From the sequence record MW349128.1: 64,000 nt of DNA; one strand, written 5' to 3'. The notes under the pieces were generated by a model that worked only from the letters and a program-made list of their open reading frames with translations, was not told the origin of the DNA and did not search any database. The position numbers and the translations under genes are program-made. Every line of letters starts with the position of its first letter. Position 1 is the stretch's first letter. Below are positions 30,950 to 39,337 of the stretch, in pieces.

Positions 30950-31867
30950 TTATTGAAATTTATTTTTAAACTCTTTTTCATACTCTTCATTAACTTTATT
31001 TAAATCGATTTCTTCACCATCTACTGTTCTAAATTTATCAGCAGATAATTTCTCACCTTTTAATACTTCTTTATCATCAGATTCAACTTTAGCTTGCATA
31101 ACTATATGTGGAGTTACATATGAAGGTGATTTAACTGTATCTAATTTAGGTGCATGAATACGAGCTTTTTGTAATTTACGTGTAAAGTTGATGTTATTAA
31201 TTGAAATTGTTTTACCCTCTTTTAAAGCTGATGTACGTAATGAATCTGCTAATGTTACAATATCTTTTAATTCTTTTTTACTGTATGCTTCATTTCCTGA
31301 TTCATCTACAAGATTCATTAATAAATCATTTAATAATTCATCTTTAGTGTATGATTTATCACTGTATTTCTTTTTAGTAGTTTTCTTAACGTCTTTTTTA
31401 ACTCGATTAACTTTAATTTTTTCCACTTTATTATCATCCTTTTTACTTGTTTTAGTTTTTGTACTAGATTTCTTTTTAACTGGATTCTTAACTTCTTCTA
31501 CTTTTTCTTCTTTAACTTCTTTTTCTTCTTTAATTTCTTTTTCTTTATCAGGATTAATTCCTGAAGCTGTAATAGTTACATTATCATATTCTGTATCTGT
31601 TGGAATATCCTTTAATTTGATAATTACATCTTTTAATTCATCAGAAGCAATATTAATTTCATTCTTATTGTAATTAATTTTGATTACATTATCATCTTCT
31701 GGGATTAATACTAAATTCTTTCTATCATATTTTTCTGGAATTGTTTCAATTTCAAAAGTTAATACGTCACCTTTATAACCTTGTTCTTCACTTACTTTTA
31801 ATTCTGCTGATTCTAATACACTTAAATCCTTAGTTTCATTAGTTACTTTTCTTCTTGTAATTGCCAT
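30950..31867 (-). CDS. HU/IHF-like DNA-binding protein with long N-terminal extension, 305 aa
   Basis: C-terminal YSKKELKDIV...ALKEGKTISINNINFTRKLQKAR resembles the HU fold; K/E/T-rich linker. Confidence 0.5.
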   Translation of the reverse strand: MAITRRKVTNETKDLSVLESAELKVSEEQGYKGDVLTFEIETIPEKYDRKNLVLIPEDDNVIKINYNKNEINIASDELKDVIIKLKDIPTDTEYDNVTITASGINPDKEKEIKEEKEVKEEKVEEVKNPVKKKSSTKTKTSKKDDNKVEKIKVNRVKKDVKKTTKKKYSDKSYTKDELLNDLLMNLVDESGNEAYSKKELKDIVTLADSLRTSALKEGKTISINNINFTRKLQKARIHAPKLDTVKSPSYVTPHIVMQAKVESDDKEVLKGEKLSADKFRTVDGEEIDLNKVNEEYEKEFKNKFQ

Positions 31868-31929
31868 ATCCTATTCTCTCCTTATATTTTTATATATTTG
31901 AAATTAGTATTTAACCTAATCTCATTAAA

Positions 31930-31942
31930 ATAATATATATTT
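31930..31942 (-). promoter_or_regulatory. Putative early promoter motif AAATATATATTAT
   Basis: Exact 13-mer; six more intergenic copies on the + strand. Confidence 0.55.
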
Positions 31943-32222
31943 AAAATATTAGTTGTAATTTTTAATTTTTTCTATGATCCAAATTAAGTTTATTTATAAG
32001 TATTTTTCTTTAATTTTAATTACTTAATTTTTAATAACATTTTTAATTACTATTATTTTTTATAATATATTTATTAATTAATAAAAAATCTATTATTTAC
32101 AAATATATAAATAATATATTGTGGTGGATTTCAAATTTTTTATAAAGAAAAAATTATTAAACTGAATTAACCAATAATTATTAAATTACAAAGTAAATGA
32201 TTTACAAAAATAATCGAGGTGT

Positions 32223-33446
32223 ATGAATTTCATGGGATTAAATAAAAAACAAGAAGAAGGATTAATGAAGGCTAAGCACTGGTGGAATAATGATACATCA
32301 AGACCTTTTGTTTTAGCAGGAATTGCTGGAAGTGGTAAAAGTTATTTGATGACTAAAATAATAGATACTTTAGGATTACATGAATCTCAAGTATCATTTA
32401 TAGCATATACAGGTATGGCAGCAGGAGTATTAGTTAAGAGAGGTATAAATGCTACTACCATTCATAGAACTATTTATAATCCTTTCGTAGATGAAAAAAC
32501 AGGTGAAGTTAGATTTGTTTTAAAAACTAAAGAAGAATTTGATCCTGAAATTAAATTAATAATCATTGATGAAATATCTATGGTTCCTGATAAAATGATT
32601 GAAGAGATTAAACAATTTGAAATACCTATATTAGTTTGTGGAGACAAATCTCAATTGACACCAGTTTTTGGTACTAATTCATTAATAGAAAATCCAGACA
32701 TATTCTTAGATGAACCTGTTAGACAGGCATTAGATAACCCTATTCTTAAAATGGCTAATGAAGTTCGTAAAGGAGAAGATATTGAATATGGTTCTTATGG
32801 AGATAATTTACAAGTAATAAATTCAAATGAATTAACAATAGATATGTATAAAAATGCAGATCAAGTTCTTATGAGTTATAATAAAACAGTTAATCAATTT
32901 AATAGCTTCTATAGAAATCAAGTTGAAGGAATTGACATTGAATCAAATCCTTTTCCTAAAGCAGGAGAAAAAATTATTTGCTTGAAAAATAACTGGAATA
33001 AAGTTATTACTGAAGGAAATATAAATCAATATCTTACAAATGGTTTAATTGGAGAAATAACAAGATCTGGTAAGAAAAATAGTTTTACTGCTTCAACACA
33101 ATTAGATTTTAAGCCAGTAGGTTTTGATAATGAAAGATTTAGTAGAATATATTATGATGATTTAATTTTCAATGGAACTATTAGAGATCAACAAGAATTA
33201 TTTGAATTAAGAAAGACAGATAATGAAATTAATAAGATCTTTAAAAAACGTTATGTAACCACTATGAGTAATTTTAGTATGAAAGTTAATCCTTTTAATT
33301 ATGCTTATGGAATAACTGTTCATAAATCTCAAGGTTCTGAATTTGATAACGTTATTGTATTCGATGAAAATTATTCTAAAGATAGATACAAATCATTATA
33401 CACTGCAATTACTCGTGCTAAAAAGAATTTAATTATAGTTAAGTAA
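32223..33446 (+). CDS. Dda/RecD-like SF1B DNA helicase
   Basis: Walker A GIAGSGKS, IIIDEISMV, CGDKSQL, YAYGITVHKSQGSEF. Confidence 0.9.
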   Translation: MNFMGLNKKQEEGLMKAKHWWNNDTSRPFVLAGIAGSGKSYLMTKIIDTLGLHESQVSFIAYTGMAAGVLVKRGINATTIHRTIYNPFVDEKTGEVRFVLKTKEEFDPEIKLIIIDEISMVPDKMIEEIKQFEIPILVCGDKSQLTPVFGTNSLIENPDIFLDEPVRQALDNPILKMANEVRKGEDIEYGSYGDNLQVINSNELTIDMYKNADQVLMSYNKTVNQFNSFYRNQVEGIDIESNPFPKAGEKIICLKNNWNKVITEGNINQYLTNGLIGEITRSGKKNSFTASTQLDFKPVGFDNERFSRIYYDDLIFNGTIRDQQELFELRKTDNEINKIFKKRYVTTMSNFSMKVNPFNYAYGITVHKSQGSEFDNVIVFDENYSKDRYKSLYTAITRAKKNLIIVK

Positions 33447-33459
33447 AGGAGATCTTTCA

Positions 33460-33690
33460 ATGACTAATAATAATAATCAAATTACTCAGGTTTCAAATCA
33501 ATTAAACACTGCATTGAATAATATTGCTAAAGCAATAAGAGGTCAGGATAAAATTGATGAAATTGAAGAGTTGAAACGAGAGAATAAAGAACTTCATGAA
33601 TTTCTCTTTAAAGTTTATCAGAATAATGAAGTTGATAGAAAAAAATTAAAGAAAATACTTTTTAAAGATATTAATAGTAAATTTATATAA
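33460..33690 (+). CDS. Small coiled-coil protein, 76 aa
   Basis: AGGAG SD, tightly packed operon. Confidence 0.75.
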   Translation: MTNNNNQITQVSNQLNTALNNIAKAIRGQDKIDEIEELKRENKELHEFLFKVYQNNEVDRKKLKKILFKDINSKFI

Positions 33691-33701
33691 GGAGAATTAC
33701 A

Positions 33702-34157
33702 ATGACAAGTGAAAAGAAAATTGCATCAGAATTAACTTTAGATCAGAAAATTAAATTATTAGAACCTAAAATACAAGAAGAATCTTATTTAAGACCATTG
33801 AGTCAAGTTGATGAGTCTTTTTATAATGAAGTTATTAAAGATGAATTAATGGATCAAATTAATAAAGAAAATCATAAATTCGAAAATAGCTTTGACTATC
33901 ATATATTTAAAAATGGCCCTATACAGTTAATGGGTTTCATATACAAGTTTGAATTCAACGAACAAGATTTAAAAGTTAAAAAAGAAAAACCTAGAGAAGA
34001 AAATATTTACTTTGGAAGTTTTCTTTTAAATAATAAAAACAAAAAAGATGATCCAATTTACTTGTTACAAGTGGATAGTAGTCTGGTTGATTTCAGTTTA
34101 ATTGAAAATAAAAAATATAAAGAATTTGGACGTAATTTATTTAAATTAATTAAATAG
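33702..34157 (+). CDS. Hypothetical protein, 151 aa
   Basis: AGGAG SD. Confidence 0.78.
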   Translation: MTSEKKIASELTLDQKIKLLEPKIQEESYLRPLSQVDESFYNEVIKDELMDQINKENHKFENSFDYHIFKNGPIQLMGFIYKFEFNEQDLKVKKEKPREENIYFGSFLLNNKNKKDDPIYLLQVDSSLVDFSLIENKKYKEFGRNLFKLIK

Positions 34158-34168
34158 GAGTGATATAA

Positions 34169-34447
34169 ATGGATAAAGAAATCGAAGATTTAGCAGGAGG
34201 AATAAATAATCTAGAAATTGACCTTAAAGGGATGAATTACAGATTATCTAATGATAAACAAGTTATTGATTTTGAAATAGAGAAAATTAATGGATATATT
34301 AAATTTTTACATGAAGAAAATCAAAGCATCAAAAAAGAAAATATGTTGTTAAAAGAAGCAATAGTATCTATTTCTAAGCATACAGGATTTAATAATGATT
34401 ATATAAATAAATTGTCTAACGAAATTATCAAAGAAAACTTTAAATAA
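34169..34447 (+). CDS. Small coiled-coil protein ending ...EIIKENFK
   Basis: AGGAG SD; C-terminal tag-like end. Confidence 0.78.
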   Translation: MDKEIEDLAGGINNLEIDLKGMNYRLSNDKQVIDFEIEKINGYIKFLHEENQSIKKENMLLKEAIVSISKHTGFNNDYINKLSNEIIKENFK

Positions 34448-34467
34448 TAAAGAGATGTGATTTTATT

Positions 34468-34743
34468 TTGAATAATGAAAAAAGTTTAATTAAGCGTATG
34501 GAAGATTTAGAAGAACGTACTAGAATGAATGAAATTAAATTAAATACTATGAAAGATAATTATCATTATATAAATGACATTATAGGTACATTAATTAATA
34601 GAATAGATAATTCTAATCAAACTAATGAAAAGAAATTGGATGAGGTAAGATTAGAATTAGTTCGTCTTTCTAACGAATTAAATTCACATTCTGAAGTAAC
34701 TAAAAAGTATATAAAGAATTTTATCAGAGATAATCTTAAATAA
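34468..34743 (+). CDS. Small coiled-coil protein ending ...KKYIKNFIRDNLK
   Basis: ORF in operon. Confidence 0.75.
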   Translation: MNNEKSLIKRMEDLEERTRMNEIKLNTMKDNYHYINDIIGTLINRIDNSNQTNEKKLDEVRLELVRLSNELNSHSEVTKKYIKNFIRDNLK

Positions 34744-34747
34744 AGGA

Positions 34748-35029
34748 ATGAAGTGTATGAAAGCTATTAAAAGAATAATTGGTTCAGAAGAATTTATTAA
34801 CACTGTAAAGAAAACTATAGCTAGAACTAAGAAAGCAGAAGAGAAATTTTATGATTTAAATAATAGAGTTGATAAAGCTGTATCTTTAGCTAGTAAAGTT
34901 GTTGAAGATAATAAAGAAAAAGAAAGAAAAATTAAAGAACTAAAAGAAGCTTTATCTAAAGAGAAAATTAATAATAGAAGTATAAAATCCAGATATAATA
35001 GATTATTATATAAAAATGAGGGAAAATAA
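34748..35029 (+). CDS. Small basic coiled-coil protein, 93 aa
   Basis: ORF in operon. Confidence 0.72.
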   Translation: MKCMKAIKRIIGSEEFINTVKKTIARTKKAEEKFYDLNNRVDKAVSLASKVVEDNKEKERKIKELKEALSKEKINNRSIKSRYNRLLYKNEGK

Positions 35030-35031
35030 TT

Positions 35032-35259
35032 ATGAATCCAAATATTAATTTTAATGATAATGGAAAATCTATGGATGAACTTTATTCAAAGTTACAATTT
35101 TCATTTGCTAAACAAGTAGAAAAAGATATATTGGAAGATAATGAAAAAGATTCTCTAGAAAAAGAATTAAAAGAACTTAGAGAGCTTATTTTCGAAGTAG
35201 CTAAAAAATATGACGTTAAAGAAGTAAAAGATTATTTAGTTAGAAAAAATATGAAATAA
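35032..35259 (+). CDS. Small protein ending ...KEVKDYLVRKNMK
   Basis: ORF in operon; C-terminal tag. Confidence 0.75.
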   Translation: MNPNINFNDNGKSMDELYSKLQFSFAKQVEKDILEDNEKDSLEKELKELRELIFEVAKKYDVKEVKDYLVRKNMK

Positions 35260-35263
35260 ATAA

Positions 35264-35293
35264 GAGGTAATGACATTAATTTGTCATTACCTC
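35264..35293. terminator. Bidirectional terminator between convergent genes
   Basis: GAGGTAATGACA-ttaatt-TGTCATTACCTC. Confidence 0.75.
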
Positions 35294-35305
35294 AATTATA
35301 CTTCT

Positions 35306-37534
35306 TTAGTCATCATATTTATCTCTATATTCATAATAACTATCATATTGAACTTCTAAACCTGAGAAAGCTGAAATGAATCCCATATGCCCTTCCATAT
35401 TGATATTTTCAATATCTTTAATATCAACATCAGGTTCTCTATAATTAAAATCTTTATTTTTATCTATAAAAATTCTAATTCTATTTTCATTCTTTATAAT
35501 CTTAATATATTTATTATTAATATCTAAAGGTACATGATTAGTTACATATAGCTGTTTTTCTTTTTCATCTTGGAATATTTCTTTAGGTTTTCCAAATACT
35601 TTATCAATTTCATAGAAACCAGTTTTCATTACACGATCAGGATCATCCATCACATCTTTATCATCTAAATCAAAATAAGGTACATCCCAATTTTCTTGTT
35701 GAGAAGCTATCCACAACATATAACCTGAGTTAAGATTAGAATTATAATCAAATACAATACCTGCTCCACCAGTATTATTTTTATTAATAACTTTAAATGT
35801 CATAATATAATTTTTAGGGAATTTGAAATTTTGACTATATACATAGTTTAAAGAATCATCATCAAATTTAGTTGTTCCATCTTTAAAACTAATGTAACCA
35901 TAGTTTCCTAATGATTGTTTAGTAATTGATTTATTGTAAAATCCTGTATATGTCTGTGTATCAACTGGATAAGTTCCATAAGAACGTAAAGCAACTATCG
36001 TAGGATTAAAGAAGATTCCTGAACGACTCTCATCAAAGAAATACTGTGACCCATCTGGATTTTTTAATGAATAGTTGTATTCCAATTCTACATCATACCA
36101 ATCTTCTTTAGTCACTATAAATGTGTTATTAAATTCTTCATGACTAATTCCAGCTATTTCAAGTTCATCAAGACTAACTTGTATAATTTCATTTGGATCA
36201 ACTTCATTATCAAAATTAGTTAATTTAACTTCTATCTCCATTTTTTTAATATTCTTCATATTATACATCATATGCTTAAGATAAGATTTTTGACCTTGAG
36301 TATTATAATTTTTATTAGTTGAAGGGAATATGTTTTCAACTTTCTTAACTTTACCAGTATTAGAAGTTAATGTAATATCATAAACTAATTTAGCTGTTGG
36401 ATGATTATTATCTTTAAAATTAGTTGAATAACCTAAATTAAATGCAAAGAAATCATATTTAAGTAAACGCTTAATATTCATTCTAGGATTTTCATTTTCA
36501 TCATCTAAAGTTATCTTGACAAAAGAAGCTGAATCACCTTCTTCTTTATCTGATTTACTGAACATATCTCCTTTAACTTCATAAAGACCAGTTTCTTTAT
36601 TAAAACTTACCGAAGATAATCTAGTTGATTCTAAATTAGAATGCTGTACATCTTCATCATTAGCTTTTCTTAAATCAAATATAGCAGTTGGAGCTTTAAA
36701 TTGGTAATTTTCTGTAGCATTAATTATATTAAACCCTTTACTATCTGTTATATTTAATTTAGAAGTTCCGTTTTGTAATGGAGCAAATAAGTATTTTTCA
36801 CCAGGTTTGAAATACATCTTACCTTTAAATTTACGAGAGAAACCTTTCTTATAAAAGATATGAGGTAAAGTTTTTAAACCATCATTATTAAGTGTAAAAG
36901 GTTCAACTAATTCTTTATTATCTGTATCAGGTCTATAGAATTTGTGTTCATGAACTTCATATCTTTCTCTTAAATAGCGATCTGAAGTAATATCATTCAA
37001 TTTATCATCAAAGTCTAATTCAGGTACAAAAGGTATAATTTTAGGATTTCTGTATTTAGGTGTTACTCTGTCTGAATCTTCTTCAGTACTTTTAATCATA
37101 TGTTTATATATTGGTTTAGGATTAGTTTCAGATCCTAATACATCGTTTTCACTATTGATAATCTTATTTAAATCGTTAATTACAGTTTCTGTGAATACTT
37201 TAACAGTATCTGTATTAAATTGATCCACTGTCTGCATATCATTTACGAATAATAATAAATACCATAGATCTGTTGTTCCATATAATTCATTGGAAAGATA
37301 TTCAGGTTTATAATGATATGCTTTATCTAATTCATAATCTATCAAATCTGCCTTTAATACATTTTCATATTTCTTTAATAATGGAAAACCGAATACTGAT
37401 TGCTTTTCAAATATATACCATTCAGATATATTATTTAATAATAGTTTATTTGATTTGGAATATTGTATTTCTTCAGCCATTTCAGGAACATCATTCTTTC
37501 CCATATTCGAGTTCCCTACGTTACGTATAAGCAT
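35306..37534 (-). CDS. Baseplate wedge (T4 gp53/LysM-like) N-terminus fused to a large beta-rich region, 742 aa
   Basis: YHYKPEYLSNELYGTTDLWYLLLFVN; C-terminal GGAGIVFDY...GYMLWI lectin-like; AACA-N6-TA motif at 37568-37579. Confidence 0.55.
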   Translation of the reverse strand: MLIRNVGNSNMGKNDVPEMAEEIQYSKSNKLLLNNISEWYIFEKQSVFGFPLLKKYENVLKADLIDYELDKAYHYKPEYLSNELYGTTDLWYLLLFVNDMQTVDQFNTDTVKVFTETVINDLNKIINSENDVLGSETNPKPIYKHMIKSTEEDSDRVTPKYRNPKIIPFVPELDFDDKLNDITSDRYLRERYEVHEHKFYRPDTDNKELVEPFTLNNDGLKTLPHIFYKKGFSRKFKGKMYFKPGEKYLFAPLQNGTSKLNITDSKGFNIINATENYQFKAPTAIFDLRKANDEDVQHSNLESTRLSSVSFNKETGLYEVKGDMFSKSDKEEGDSASFVKITLDDENENPRMNIKRLLKYDFFAFNLGYSTNFKDNNHPTAKLVYDITLTSNTGKVKKVENIFPSTNKNYNTQGQKSYLKHMMYNMKNIKKMEIEVKLTNFDNEVDPNEIIQVSLDELEIAGISHEEFNNTFIVTKEDWYDVELEYNYSLKNPDGSQYFFDESRSGIFFNPTIVALRSYGTYPVDTQTYTGFYNKSITKQSLGNYGYISFKDGTTKFDDDSLNYVYSQNFKFPKNYIMTFKVINKNNTGGAGIVFDYNSNLNSGYMLWIASQQENWDVPYFDLDDKDVMDDPDRVMKTGFYEIDKVFGKPKEIFQDEKEKQLYVTNHVPLDINNKYIKIIKNENRIRIFIDKNKDFNYREPDVDIKDIENINMEGHMGFISAFSGLEVQYDSYYEYRDKYDD

Positions 37535-37629
37535 TTAATTTCACTTCCGTTCATTTTATTGGTATAATAAATGGTTGTTAAAGCATTTATCAATATAGAT
37601 AAAAAATTAGAATTTTCAAATAATATTTT

Positions 37630-37642
37630 AAATATATATTAT
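37630..37642 (+). promoter_or_regulatory. Putative early promoter motif AAATATATATTAT
   Basis: Exact 13-mer upstream of the MoxR gene. Confidence 0.55.
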
Positions 37643-37720
37643 TTTATTGAGAATGAGTTATTATTAGACTTAATTCTCAAATATAAAATAAAAATTTTAA
37701 TTAAGAGGAGAGATTTGGAT

Positions 37721-39268
37721 ATGTCAGTAACAAAATACAGTGATGTAAAATTAGTAGCAAAATTAAACTTTGAGGCGGATAACTTGGTGAATATCATCGG
37801 ACACGGAGGAATCGGTAAGACTCAATTATTCAAAGAAATTGCTAGAGAAGAAAATATGAACTTCATTACTATTGCAGCTAACAACTTAAAAGAAGGTGAG
37901 CTTTCAATGCCAATGCTTTCACCTAAAGATAATGAAGTTGTATATGCTCCAATGGATAAAATTAAAGAAGCAAATAGACTTTATGAAGCTTATAAAGAAT
38001 ATCAAGCTAATGGTGGAGTTCAATATTCTCAAAGAGATTTAGCTAATATGAAATTAGATGAACTTAAAGAAATTTATAAAGATTTATCTAAAGAAGATAA
38101 TCTAGTTGAATATTATGAAGATACTCAAGAAAACTATGTGAACAAAGTATTTAACAAAGCTAAAGTTAAAAATGTTAAATATACTCATGCAGAATTAAGA
38201 AATAAATCTGTACCAGAATTAGAAGAAATCTTTAAAGAACTTACTGGTAAAGAACTAAAAGATAAATTAGGTAAAGGTTATTATATTAGTAAAGTATTAG
38301 AATTAATTCCTAGACCTTATACACTTCTATTTGTTGATGAAATTGCTCGTACAGATCAACAAGTACAATCTGAACTTATGAACTTCTTATTAGAACGTCA
38401 AGTTAATGGATATCATTTACCAGACAATGTTAAAATTGCTCTAGCACAAAATCCAAGTTCTGATATGCCTGGTTTTGAAGATACAGATTATTCTTCAACA
38501 TCTATGGATAATGCAGTATCTTCTCGTTTACTTCATATTCATATGGAACCAGATATGACTAGTTTCGTACAATATGCAACTCAATATAAACCAGATTCTG
38601 AAAAACAAAATATTCATCCTTCTGTATTAGAATTTATTACTGAAAAAGAAAGTTATGAATATTTATTCAATCCTAATAAAGAGGCGAATGTTGACTTTAA
38701 CGATACTAACCCTCGTTCTTGGGAAATGTTAAGTAATCTTGTATACACTATTGAAGATAGTGATTTATTAAAAACAGGAAGTCCAGAAGAAAATAGACGT
38801 AATAAACAAAAAGCATTACAGATTTCTGCAGAGGGTAAAATTAATATGTCTTTAGCTAATAAATTTACTAAATTCTATATTGATAATCAAGCTAAGCTTC
38901 CAAGACCTTCTGATATTCTATTTGAATATGATAGAGGAGTAATGACACCAAGAAAAGAATTATTGAAACAGCACATTGAAGTTATTGAAGGTCAATCTAC
39001 AATTCGTCAATTGACATTGAAAACTGCAATTATTAACTATCTTAAAAATAATCCAGATTTAATTGATGAGAAAGTTATTCAAGTTGCAGTAGAAGCTTTA
39101 TTATTAGGTAAAACTGAAACTAATGCTACATCAGTAAGATTAATTAGTAGATTATCTGAATCAACAGAAGATACAGATCAAATTCTATATGATAAATTTA
39201 CTGATAATGATTTATATAGTGAAGAAGCATTTAAACTATATGAAAAAATGACAGGTTCTTTAGGATAA
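37721..39268 (+). CDS. MoxR-like AAA+ ATPase (start 37721 after GAGGAG), ~515 aa
   Basis: Walker A GHGGIGKT, Walker B LLFVDEIAR, ELMNFLLER.VNGYHLP, LAQNP, MDNAVSSR, NPRSWE. Confidence 0.88.
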   Translation: MSVTKYSDVKLVAKLNFEADNLVNIIGHGGIGKTQLFKEIAREENMNFITIAANNLKEGELSMPMLSPKDNEVVYAPMDKIKEANRLYEAYKEYQANGGVQYSQRDLANMKLDELKEIYKDLSKEDNLVEYYEDTQENYVNKVFNKAKVKNVKYTHAELRNKSVPELEEIFKELTGKELKDKLGKGYYISKVLELIPRPYTLLFVDEIARTDQQVQSELMNFLLERQVNGYHLPDNVKIALAQNPSSDMPGFEDTDYSSTSMDNAVSSRLLHIHMEPDMTSFVQYATQYKPDSEKQNIHPSVLEFITEKESYEYLFNPNKEANVDFNDTNPRSWEMLSNLVYTIEDSDLLKTGSPEENRRNKQKALQISAEGKINMSLANKFTKFYIDNQAKLPRPSDILFEYDRGVMTPRKELLKQHIEVIEGQSTIRQLTLKTAIINYLKNNPDLIDEKVIQVAVEALLLGKTETNATSVRLISRLSESTEDTDQILYDKFTDNDLYSEEAFKLYEKMTGSLG

Positions 39269-39275
39269 TATAATA

Positions 39276-39307
39276 AAGATAATGGAGATTAGGTTCTCCA
39301 TTATCTT
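39276..39307 (+). terminator. Hairpin, probable terminator
   Basis: AAGATAATGGAGA-ttaggt-TCTCCATTATCTT + T-rich tail. Confidence 0.65.
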
Positions 39308-39337
39308 ATTTATTTTTTTATTTATAAATATTAGGAG

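Noticed and set aside
31868-32222. Very AT-rich divergent intergenic region as a replication origin
   Set aside because: No iterons or initiator boxes seen; explained by divergent promoters
37571-37720. ORF-track N-terminal extension of the MoxR gene
   Set aside because: Overlaps promoter motifs; strong GAGGAG SD precedes ATG 37721
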